Shown here in pieces: positions 8,939 through 17,069 of a stretch of DNA of 33,143 bases. The stretch lies in the UHGV virus genome UHGV-0358485, one strand, 5' to 3'. The position numbers and the translations under genes are program-made. The notes under the pieces are model-generated. The model saw only the letters and a list, made by a program, of their open reading frames with translations. It did no database searches and was not told where the DNA came from. Positions within the stretch are counted from its first letter, which is position 1; every line of letters starts with the position of its first letter. This DNA is from a virus.

Positions 8939-9335
8939 AAATAGTTGGGAGCTAAAAATAAATGGACATGATGAACTTCTTGTGCGGATGGAACGCTATT
9001 CAAGCGAGAGCGAACGACTGATTAACGAAGCATTGAAATCAAAAGGTTCAGATATTGCAGTGGATAGGATTACGGAAAAAATTCCTGTTTCTGAAGCAGA
9101 TTTAAGAAGAGGACACCAACACGCAAAAAATAGTCGTCCACTTAAGACTCAATATATTAATTTGGGTTTCATCATTAGACCTACAAGAAAATTTGAGTAT
9201 TTAAAATATCCTGATTTGGGGATAGGTACTTCTAAAAGAAATCAGCCAGACGAATTTATGAGAAGAGGATTAGGTCTTGCACTTGATCCAATTACAGAAC
9301 TTCTGATTCGTCAATTCGATAAATTAAATAAATAG
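8931..9335 (+). CDS. HK97 gp10-family-like tail component (tail terminator/completion)
   Basis: 134 aa. N-terminus ELKINGHDELLVRM resembles the gp10-family start. Lies immediately upstream of the MTP. Confidence 0.45.
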   Translation: MAKNSWELKINGHDELLVRMERYSSESERLINEALKSKGSDIAVDRITEKIPVSEADLRRGHQHAKNSRPLKTQYINLGFIIRPTRKFEYLKYPDLGIGTSKRNQPDEFMRRGLGLALDPITELLIRQFDKLNK

Positions 9336-9346
9336 GGGGAACAACA

Positions 9347-9952
9347 ATGGCTAAAACAACAACTGTAGTAACAACGTTCGATAACGTGAGTATCAAACGA
9401 ATTGCTTTTAATTTTAAGAACGCAGAAAATGCAATCGCAACAGATTGTAACGGACAATTAGATGGCGAAACAGAAATGCAAACGGTGGTTAAAAAATGTG
9501 GAGCGACAGAAGTAAAATCAAAATCTAAACCAATCAATATGACGGTAACAATTACTGCACATGTACCGATGGAAGTTTATCGACGTTTCAATGGATTGAA
9601 ACAAGATGAACGTATTAAACCAGGCATTTACTCTTACGGTCCTGATTCCGTAGGCGAAGATTTCTCACTTGCTGCAGAGATCGTGGATGACTTCGAAGAA
9701 AATAGCAAGTTAGTTGGTATGTTAGCATGCACTTCGAATACAGGATTAACATTCTCTATTGAAAATGGTGCGGATGAAGTAGCTGCGTTAGAACTAGAAA
9801 CAAAAGTTATGCAAGATGAATTTGGTAAATTCTATCATGAAGCAATTGTTGCAGAACTTGAAGAAGACTTAACAGATCAATGGATGACGAATCTATCTGC
9901 TGATGTGATTAAAAAGAGTTCAACAACCACTACTACAACGACTCAAGCTTAA
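9347..9952 (+). CDS. Major tail protein (phi13/TP901-1-like). C-terminal tail SSTTTTTTTQA.
   Basis: 201 aa. RBS GGGGGA. Lies upstream of the chaperone and TMP. Poly-Thr-QA tail encoded at 9917-9949. Confidence 0.75.
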   Translation: MAKTTTVVTTFDNVSIKRIAFNFKNAENAIATDCNGQLDGETEMQTVVKKCGATEVKSKSKPINMTVTITAHVPMEVYRRFNGLKQDERIKPGIYSYGPDSVGEDFSLAAEIVDDFEENSKLVGMLACTSNTGLTFSIENGADEVAALELETKVMQDEFGKFYHEAIVAELEEDLTDQWMTNLSADVIKKSSTTTTTTTQA

Positions 9953-9973
9953 ACATAAAACGGAGGTAGCAAA

Positions 9974-10336
9974 ATGAACGAAGATTACTCAAAAATTGAA
10001 CTAAACGATGGAACAATTTTGAATTTAGAACCTAAACTGAATATCAAGAAATTATTGATGATCAATAGAGATTTTAACACAGACGAGTTTGCAAAAATGA
10101 CTGTGGGAAAAGGATCCATGGATATTTCTGTTATTCAAGGTGCAAAGGCTGTGTATATTGCTTACCGCCAAGCGAACATGACTGATTATATTTCATTCGA
10201 TGAATTTATCGATAAATGGGATTTTGATATGGCTACTGCCAGCTATATTTATCAATTGATGATGTTCAAACAAGCACGCGATGCTTATCAAAAAGAATTT
10301 GAAAAAGCAAATAAGGAAAAAAAGCTTCAAAAGTAA
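9974..10336 (+). CDS. Tail assembly chaperone (gpG-like)
   Basis: 120 aa, acidic, between MTP and TMP. RBS GGAGG. Confidence 0.7.
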   Translation: MNEDYSKIELNDGTILNLEPKLNIKKLLMINRDFNTDEFAKMTVGKGSMDISVIQGAKAVYIAYRQANMTDYISFDEFIDKWDFDMATASYIYQLMMFKQARDAYQKEFEKANKEKKLQK

Positions 10337-10521
10337 AAATGCCAAAGCTCTTAGTTGAAACGTGGGTCGATGTCTATTCGATGTTGACCGACGTTTTTTC
10401 TATGCCTTCAGATTTGGTTTTAAGCGATATCTGTTTAGATGACATTTTACAAATGGCTTCCAACAAGAGCGCTTATGAAGGATGGAAGAACTACGCAATA
10501 AATCAATCCCAAAAAAATTAA
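9974..10521 (+). CDS. Tail assembly chaperone G-T fusion produced by programmed -1 ribosomal frameshift
   Basis: The downstream ORF 10339-10521 is in the -1 frame relative to G and has no RBS of its own. The slippery heptamer A_AAA_AAG at 10318-10324 lies 4 codons before the G stop. Confidence 0.55.
10318..10324 (+). promoter_or_regulatory. -1 PRF slippery site A AAA AAG (dnaX-type)
   Basis: Read in the zero frame of the chaperone. Canonical X XXY YYZ heptamer. Confidence 0.55.
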
Positions 10522-10537
10522 AGAAAGGAGGTAAAAA

Positions 10538-13500
10538 ATGGCTAAAAAGAGAACAGAAGCAGAAGTAACATTCATAGCTAACGATGACGGATTGAAATCT
10601 ACGTTAAAAGAAATCAGTGCTGAATTAACTAAAAATAGAGCAGAATTAAAACTAGAACAAGCTCAATTACAACAGACTGGTTCTGAATCAGACAAGTTAG
10701 GAAGTAAATTATCTTCTTTAGAAAAGCAGTATGAATTACAAAGTCAAAAAGTTGAAGTAACTAGTCAACGTTTAGCCAATGCCAAAAAATATTATGGAGA
10801 AAATTCCACCGAAGTTCAGAAACTTGAGAGAGAACTGATTAACCAACAAACAGCGCAACAACGTTTGTCAAACGAAATTGATAAAACGAGTAATGCACTA
10901 GCTCAAGCAAAAGGCGAAATACAGACGTACGAGTCTACAATGCAACAGTTGGATAGTGAACAGAAAAATGTTCAAGCTAGTGCTTCTCTGATTGAATCCG
11001 AATACAAAAAGTGGCAAGCAACTGCTGGTCAATCAGCTTCTGAATCCGAGAAATTAGCGAAAGCCCAAGAATATGTTTCTCAACAATCTGAAAATGCAGA
11101 GAAAACGATAGATATCCTAAGACGACAGTTAGAAGCTACACAGTCTGAATTTGGCGCTACATCTACAGAAGCAATGCAGATGGAAGCGAAGCTTAATGAT
11201 GCTGAACGTGAATTTGAAGAGTTAGGACAAGCTGCTAAAAATGTAGATACAACTAACTTGGACGATATCGGAAGCAAAATAGATATGAATAATTTAATGG
11301 AAGCTTCTGACGTTTTAAGCGACATTGGCGATAAGCTTACAGAATTAGGGAAACAAGCAGTAGACTCTGCTAATAGTGTAGGTAGTTCCCAGAGTAAAAT
11401 ACAAGCTAATTTTGGTTTGACTAAACAAGAGGCTGAAGAATTAACGAATGTAGCCAGAGACATTTATTATAAAGGTTTTGGAGAATCGTTAGATCAGTCC
11501 ACAGATGCATTGATTTTGGTAAAGCGTAATTTAGGCGATTTAAATAATCAAGATTTACAAAATATCACGGAACAAGCTATGGTCCTAGAAAACACCATGG
11601 GCGCTGATATGGATGAAACGTTACGTGGTGTAAATGGCTTAATGGTCAATTTCGGCTTGAGCGCTCAAGATGCAATGGATTTAATGGTTTCGGGTACTCA
11701 AAACGGTTTAGATAAAACGCACGAATTAGGCGACAATATGGCAGAATATAGCCAATTATGGAGTCAAATGGGATATTCAGCTGATGAAACGTTCGGAATG
11801 CTTCAAAATGGTTTAGATGCGGGTGCTTATAACCTTGATAAAGTCAATGACTTAGTTAAGGAAATGGGAATATCGTTAACAGATGGTCGATTTGAGCAAA
11901 ACATGGATATGTTTAGTGAAAGTACTAGAAAAGCTTTTGAAGAGTGGAAAAATGGCGGAGGAACACAAAAAGACGTTATTAATTCCATGATTCAAGATTT
12001 TAGCAATATGGATGGTCAATACGACCAATTAAATAAAGCTTCTACAATTTGGTCTGCACTTGGCGAAGATAACGCGATGAAAGTTGTCCAATCTTTAACT
12101 GATGTTAACCATACATTTGATGATGTTAGTGGATCTGCACAAAAAATGAATGAAGATTCTACTACTCCGTTGCAAGAGTTGAACGGGAAAATAGCTGAAT
12201 TAAAGGATTCATTAGCTCCTATAGGCAACACAATCATAGATGCACTCGAACCAGTAATTGATTTTCTAGGAAAGATGGCTGATGCGTTTAATAATCTTCC
12301 ACAACCAGTACAGGATTTCATTGTTGCTATAGGTGGTCTTACAGCAGCATTTGGCATACTGTTACCGGCAATACTAGCCGTGTCATATTTATTTGGTCCG
12401 ATGATGCTTATAATTGGAGGAATTATAGCTGTTATAGCAGGCGTTATTGTGGCAATTAAGAACTGGGGTGCAATTACTGACTGGTTTAGTGGTTTATGGA
12501 AAAAATTTACTGATTGGTTGGGTGATACTTGGGAAAGTATAAAAGACGGAGCCTCATCAGTTTGGGATGGGGTTAAAGAAACCTGGTCTGGATTTGTAGA
12601 TTGGGTTCAAGATATTTGGCAAGGCGTTTCTGATTGGTTTGGAGAGTTATGGAGCGGATTAGTTGAAGGAGCTTCCAACATCTGGCAAGGAGTCCAAGAG
12701 ACTTGGCAAACATTCGTTGATTGGGTTTCAAATATTTGGAACGGAGTCAAAGAAGTATGGTCGATTATTTGGGCAGATATTGTAGGGATTGTTCAAATAC
12801 CATGGACCTTAATAACGTCATTGATTCAAGCTGGCATTAATATTATCGTGGGTATTTTTGATGTAGCTGGACAGTTATTAGGCGCAGCTTGGCAAGCTGT
12901 TTGGACACCTATTTCTGATTTCCTTAAAAATACTTGGGATACTATGACACAATGGATAAGTATCGCTTGGAATGGGATTGTAACTACATTCCATACTATA
13001 TTTGATCCAGTAGTGGCATGGTGGAATGGTATATGGACAGCTATTAGTACTACGGCTTCAAATATTTGGAATTCAATTAGTGCAACAGCTTCTAGTATTT
13101 GGAACAGTATCAAGAATACAATCACTAGCTTGGTACAAGCAGCTGCTACAGTAATTCAAAATGTTTGGTCAACTGTATCTAGTTGGTTAGGTGGAATTTG
13201 GAATTCAATCAGCTCTACAGCATCAAATATCTGGAATAGTGTGACTAGTAGTATAAGCAATGCTATAAACGCAGCTAAAAGTGCCATTCAAAGTGTTTGG
13301 AATAGTATATCTTCGTGGATCAGCGGAATTTGGAACGGTATCAAAAACACTGCTTTGAATCTTTGGAATGGAATTACAAGCACTATTAGCTCTAAAGTAA
13401 ACGATGGAAAAAATGCAATTTCAAGCGGTTGGTCCAATCTAACAGGTATTGTTTCCGACATATTCAATAATGTTAAAAGTACAATTGCTAACATTTGGGA

Positions 13501-13957
13501 AGGTATCAAAAAGACTGTTAGCGCTCCGATTGATTGGATTAGAGATAAAATCAGTGGTATTTTTGATAATTTGAATATTTCTATACCACATATTCCGTTA
13601 CCACATTTTAAATTGAGTGGGGAATTCAATCCATTGAAGGGAAAAATCCCAACGTTGGGTGTTGATTGGTATGCGAAAGGTAGTGTGTTTAATTCTCCGA
13701 ATATTATCGGTGTCGGTGAAGCAGGACCTGAAGCAGTCTTACCTTTGAAAAGATCTGTTCTGCAAGAAATTGGTGATCGTATCTTGAGTAGCACCTCAGT
13801 TTCATCTAGGACACAAGCGGTTCAACCTGTGAACAATTACGAATTCAATTTCACAATTGATGGTAACGCAGATGAAGTCACTATGAAGCATACAACTCAA
13901 CAAATCATTGATAGCATTACAAAAGTTCAAAATGATAATGCTTCGGCATGGCGTTAA
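10538..13957 (+). CDS. Tail tape measure protein
   Basis: 1139 aa. N-terminal coiled-coil region, central TM/hydrophobic segment, and a C-terminal array of Trp-periodic repeats (..W..I/V.NW...). Confidence 0.9.
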   Translation: MAKKRTEAEVTFIANDDGLKSTLKEISAELTKNRAELKLEQAQLQQTGSESDKLGSKLSSLEKQYELQSQKVEVTSQRLANAKKYYGENSTEVQKLERELINQQTAQQRLSNEIDKTSNALAQAKGEIQTYESTMQQLDSEQKNVQASASLIESEYKKWQATAGQSASESEKLAKAQEYVSQQSENAEKTIDILRRQLEATQSEFGATSTEAMQMEAKLNDAEREFEELGQAAKNVDTTNLDDIGSKIDMNNLMEASDVLSDIGDKLTELGKQAVDSANSVGSSQSKIQANFGLTKQEAEELTNVARDIYYKGFGESLDQSTDALILVKRNLGDLNNQDLQNITEQAMVLENTMGADMDETLRGVNGLMVNFGLSAQDAMDLMVSGTQNGLDKTHELGDNMAEYSQLWSQMGYSADETFGMLQNGLDAGAYNLDKVNDLVKEMGISLTDGRFEQNMDMFSESTRKAFEEWKNGGGTQKDVINSMIQDFSNMDGQYDQLNKASTIWSALGEDNAMKVVQSLTDVNHTFDDVSGSAQKMNEDSTTPLQELNGKIAELKDSLAPIGNTIIDALEPVIDFLGKMADAFNNLPQPVQDFIVAIGGLTAAFGILLPAILAVSYLFGPMMLIIGGIIAVIAGVIVAIKNWGAITDWFSGLWKKFTDWLGDTWESIKDGASSVWDGVKETWSGFVDWVQDIWQGVSDWFGELWSGLVEGASNIWQGVQETWQTFVDWVSNIWNGVKEVWSIIWADIVGIVQIPWTLITSLIQAGINIIVGIFDVAGQLLGAAWQAVWTPISDFLKNTWDTMTQWISIAWNGIVTTFHTIFDPVVAWWNGIWTAISTTASNIWNSISATASSIWNSIKNTITSLVQAAATVIQNVWSTVSSWLGGIWNSISSTASNIWNSVTSSISNAINAAKSAIQSVWNSISSWISGIWNGIKNTALNLWNGITSTISSKVNDGKNAISSGWSNLTGIVSDIFNNVKSTIANIWEGIKKTVSAPIDWIRDKISGIFDNLNISIPHIPLPHFKLSGEFNPLKGKIPTLGVDWYAKGSVFNSPNIIGVGEAGPEAVLPLKRSVLQEIGDRILSSTSVSSRTQAVQPVNNYEFNFTIDGNADEVTMKHTTQQIIDSITKVQNDNASAWR

Positions 13958-13958
13958 A

Positions 13959-13984
13959 CAGGAGAGTATTTCTCCTGTTTTTTT
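13959..13984 (+). terminator. Intrinsic terminator/attenuator after the TMP
   Basis: Stem CAGGAGA/TCTCCTG, loop GTATT, then a T7 run. Confidence 0.6.
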
Positions 13985-14007
13985 AGTATTAAAAAGGATG
14001 TGAAAAA

Positions 14008-14745
14008 ATGACTGATTGTATACATTCTATAATCGATGGATTTCCTGATTATTTGCATAAATTGGCTTTAGCTGAAAGACCAACCATACCTTCTCCAAAA
14101 AGACAGAGAGTTGAAACTTCTGTTTTAGGAAGGTTAGGTGGCTTAGTGCAAGATTACTCGTTTGAAGACATGTCGTTTACATTGCACTATAACTATTTAG
14201 AGGATGTGGAAGACCATCAAGCGTTCAAGCAATCGTTTTATATCATGCGTCATTGGTTAAACTATGCAAAGAAATTAGAATTTTCTGATGATCCCAATGT
14301 CTATTATGTTATCCAGACTATCGATATTGGGGATGCGGAAAACGATATCGTTGAATGGGGAGAGTTCGATGTAAACATTACTGCGAAACCATTCGCAAGA
14401 GTTCAAGAAGATGTGCCTATAACTGTAGATAAACCACGGTCATTTAGCTTGCTTAATAATAGTTTAGAAGAAAGTTTTCCAAAGATTATCATCACTCCTT
14501 CAGCTACTTCATGTCAGTTCATCTTAAATGATTATGTGTTTAGTTTTGAAGGCTTAGTAGTAGGAACTGACATAGTCATTGATAGTGATCTAATGCTTTG
14601 CTACGAAGAGCAATCGGACGGAGATATTTTAGATCGGTCCAACAAAATGAAGACCATGCAATATCCGACATTGCAAGTGGATATTAATTATTTTAATTGT
14701 ACTGGTTTGAGCAAAATACAAATTTATCGTAATGGGTTAAGGTAG
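14008..14745 (+). CDS. Distal tail protein (Dit)
   Basis: 245 aa immediately after the TMP. Typical size. Confidence 0.7.
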   Translation: MTDCIHSIIDGFPDYLHKLALAERPTIPSPKRQRVETSVLGRLGGLVQDYSFEDMSFTLHYNYLEDVEDHQAFKQSFYIMRHWLNYAKKLEFSDDPNVYYVIQTIDIGDAENDIVEWGEFDVNITAKPFARVQEDVPITVDKPRSFSLLNNSLEESFPKIIITPSATSCQFILNDYVFSFEGLVVGTDIVIDSDLMLCYEEQSDGDILDRSNKMKTMQYPTLQVDINYFNCTGLSKIQIYRNGLR

Positions 14746-14754
14746 GTGAAATAG

Positions 14755-17046
14755 ATGATCGATAATTTAATAACTATTTACGATAAAAACGACGCGAATA
14801 ATTTAACTGAACATTTATATGATACGCAAGGTTTAGGTGCTTTATCAGACTGGTTAACAGCTACTGTTAGCAATAAATTAAACGGAGCCGAGATATTTCA
14901 GGGTACTTATCCAATAAGCGGAACTAATGCAGACTTGATTATAGAGGGGCGTATTATTCAGTGCTATGTAGATGAAAATCGAGCAAAACAGCGTCTACGG
15001 ATTTATTATGCAAAGACTTCCGTAATAGGAAATACGATAGAAGTAAAAGCTGAACCTATTTTCAATGATATAAGAAAATCGGTGTTGAATAAATATGACA
15101 GCGGAACAGAAAAGATCACTGCTACTCAGGCATGGCAAAACGCAAAAACTTTAGCGAAACCAGCTATCCCTTCGCAGTTTTCTTTCTCATCGTTAGTAGA
15201 TACGCTTGCTAATGTGAAGATAGAAAAAGCGAATTTTTTAGAATTCTTTGGTGGAAAAGAGGGGTCTATTCTAGATCGATTTCATGGGGAATTTCTTAAA
15301 GATAATAACACATTACGTCATGAAAAAAGGCTAGGTACGGATCATAAAATCAAAGCGATTTATACTAAAAACTTAACTGGTCTTGACTTAGAGATAGATG
15401 CTCAAAGCGTTTTAGTTGGAGTTTATCCATTCATTAGCAGTTCTTCAGAAGGAGAAGACGAGATCACTCTACCAGAAGAAGTTATTTTCACGGATTACGT
15501 GGATGATTATCCTGCTGGATATGTTTCTTTTGTTGATTTTAAAGACAAAGCGACTGATGTAGCCTCATTAAGGGAAGCTGCTAAAGACTGGTTGAAAACA
15601 AACATAGATAAACAAAAACCACAAGTGAGTGGTTCGATTGAATTAGTACCATTAAGGCATCAGAGAGGCTATGAAAAATTTGTTGATTTAGAAAAAGTTT
15701 CGATGGGCGACGGAGTAGATGTGTATCATCCACAGTTAAAAGTGAATATGTCAGCGAGAATTGTGGAATATACGTTTAATGTTCTAACCAATTCATACGA
15801 TAAATTAGTTGTAGGAAACGTCAAAACAAACTTCTTAGAAAACACAGAGAATAATGTCAGCAATTTGATTAATGATGCCATTGATCAATTGAAAAATGGT
15901 GGCGAAATCAGTGATTTAATCAATGATATTGTAGATCATCAAACTGATATGATTACTGGTCAAGATGGTGGCTATGTTTTATTAGATCCTAAAGAAGCAC
16001 CTAGTCGTATTTTAATTATGGACACGCCAGATAAGAATACTGCACGGAATGTTTTACAAATCAACAACGCTGGTATTGGTTTCTCTAAAACTGGTATTAA
16101 TGGAACATATGAAACGGCATGGACGTTAGATGGCGGATTCAATGCCTCGTTTATTACAGCTGGTGAGATAGTAGGGATTACTATTAGAGGTACTACATTA
16201 ATTAGTGATGGTGCTGATTATAGAACAAGTATTGCTAATGGCAAAATGACTTGGTACTCAAAAAAAGTTAACAAAGATATTATGGAGCTAGAAGCACGTG
16301 ATTATGTAAGTGCTGATGCCGGTATTGTATCATACACCATGAAAACTGGTGGTGGTTTCATGATTAGAAATCCACAGGGTAACTTGGTTTTTAGTACGTG
16401 GGATAATGGTAATAACAGACCGTTTTTATCTTTTGGTGCGCCAAATTTCAGATACAGTAATGCTAGTTATATAAATGATGGTGACGGTAATTCTTTAGGT
16501 ATTGATGGTAGTGCAGGTAATTCATGGGAATTTAAAGTAGCTGGTAGGACTATGAAATTTACTAGTGACGGTATGCTAACGTTACCAGGTTGTTTTTTTG
16601 GTTCATGGGAAGATGGGAAACTTGCTAGGTTTGAACAATCAACGGTACAAGTATATAAAGATTTTACTGTTAGAGGTACTAAAAACTCAACCGTACCAAC
16701 AGAACATTATGGACAACGACTATTAAACGCTTATGAAACTCCAGAATATTATTTCGCTGATTATGGGGAAGCCGTTACAGGTGATAATGGTAAAGTTCGT
16801 GTTGATATTGACCCCATGTTTGCTGAGACAGTAAATCTAAGTCGGTATATGACACATGTGACACCTACAGAGCTAGTTTTGTGTGCTGTTACTCATGAAG
16901 ATATTGACCATTTCATCATTGAAACTAGTAAGCCAAACGTATTAGTTAGATGGAATTTAGTGGCACACCGTCTAGGGTATGAAGATATTAGATTAAAAGA
17001 GGATACAGCATATGATAGCACAGTGCTTGACCAAAAACGTTTTTAA
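14755..17046 (+). CDS. Tail-associated lysin / tail endopeptidase-family protein (Tal)
   Basis: 763 aa after Dit. N-terminal region typical of siphophage Tal (prophage tail endopeptidase family). Confidence 0.7.
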   Translation: MIDNLITIYDKNDANNLTEHLYDTQGLGALSDWLTATVSNKLNGAEIFQGTYPISGTNADLIIEGRIIQCYVDENRAKQRLRIYYAKTSVIGNTIEVKAEPIFNDIRKSVLNKYDSGTEKITATQAWQNAKTLAKPAIPSQFSFSSLVDTLANVKIEKANFLEFFGGKEGSILDRFHGEFLKDNNTLRHEKRLGTDHKIKAIYTKNLTGLDLEIDAQSVLVGVYPFISSSSEGEDEITLPEEVIFTDYVDDYPAGYVSFVDFKDKATDVASLREAAKDWLKTNIDKQKPQVSGSIELVPLRHQRGYEKFVDLEKVSMGDGVDVYHPQLKVNMSARIVEYTFNVLTNSYDKLVVGNVKTNFLENTENNVSNLINDAIDQLKNGGEISDLINDIVDHQTDMITGQDGGYVLLDPKEAPSRILIMDTPDKNTARNVLQINNAGIGFSKTGINGTYETAWTLDGGFNASFITAGEIVGITIRGTTLISDGADYRTSIANGKMTWYSKKVNKDIMELEARDYVSADAGIVSYTMKTGGGFMIRNPQGNLVFSTWDNGNNRPFLSFGAPNFRYSNASYINDGDGNSLGIDGSAGNSWEFKVAGRTMKFTSDGMLTLPGCFFGSWEDGKLARFEQSTVQVYKDFTVRGTKNSTVPTEHYGQRLLNAYETPEYYFADYGEAVTGDNGKVRVDIDPMFAETVNLSRYMTHVTPTELVLCAVTHEDIDHFIIETSKPNVLVRWNLVAHRLGYEDIRLKEDTAYDSTVLDQKRF

Positions 17047-17069
17047 AACGAAGACAAGGAGGTATATAA

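Noticed and set aside
10339-10521. Track ORF 10339-10521 as an independent 60-aa gene
   Set aside because: It has no RBS of its own, starts at the chaperone stop, lies in the -1 frame and sits downstream of an A_AAA_AAG slippery site. Better explained as the T extension of the G-T frameshift product.
11080-13794. Minus-strand ORFs 11080-11463, 12016-12357, 12826-13125 and 13288-13794
   Set aside because: All lie antisense within the tape measure gene. A low-complexity repeat-rich gene produces long antisense open frames. No start signals.
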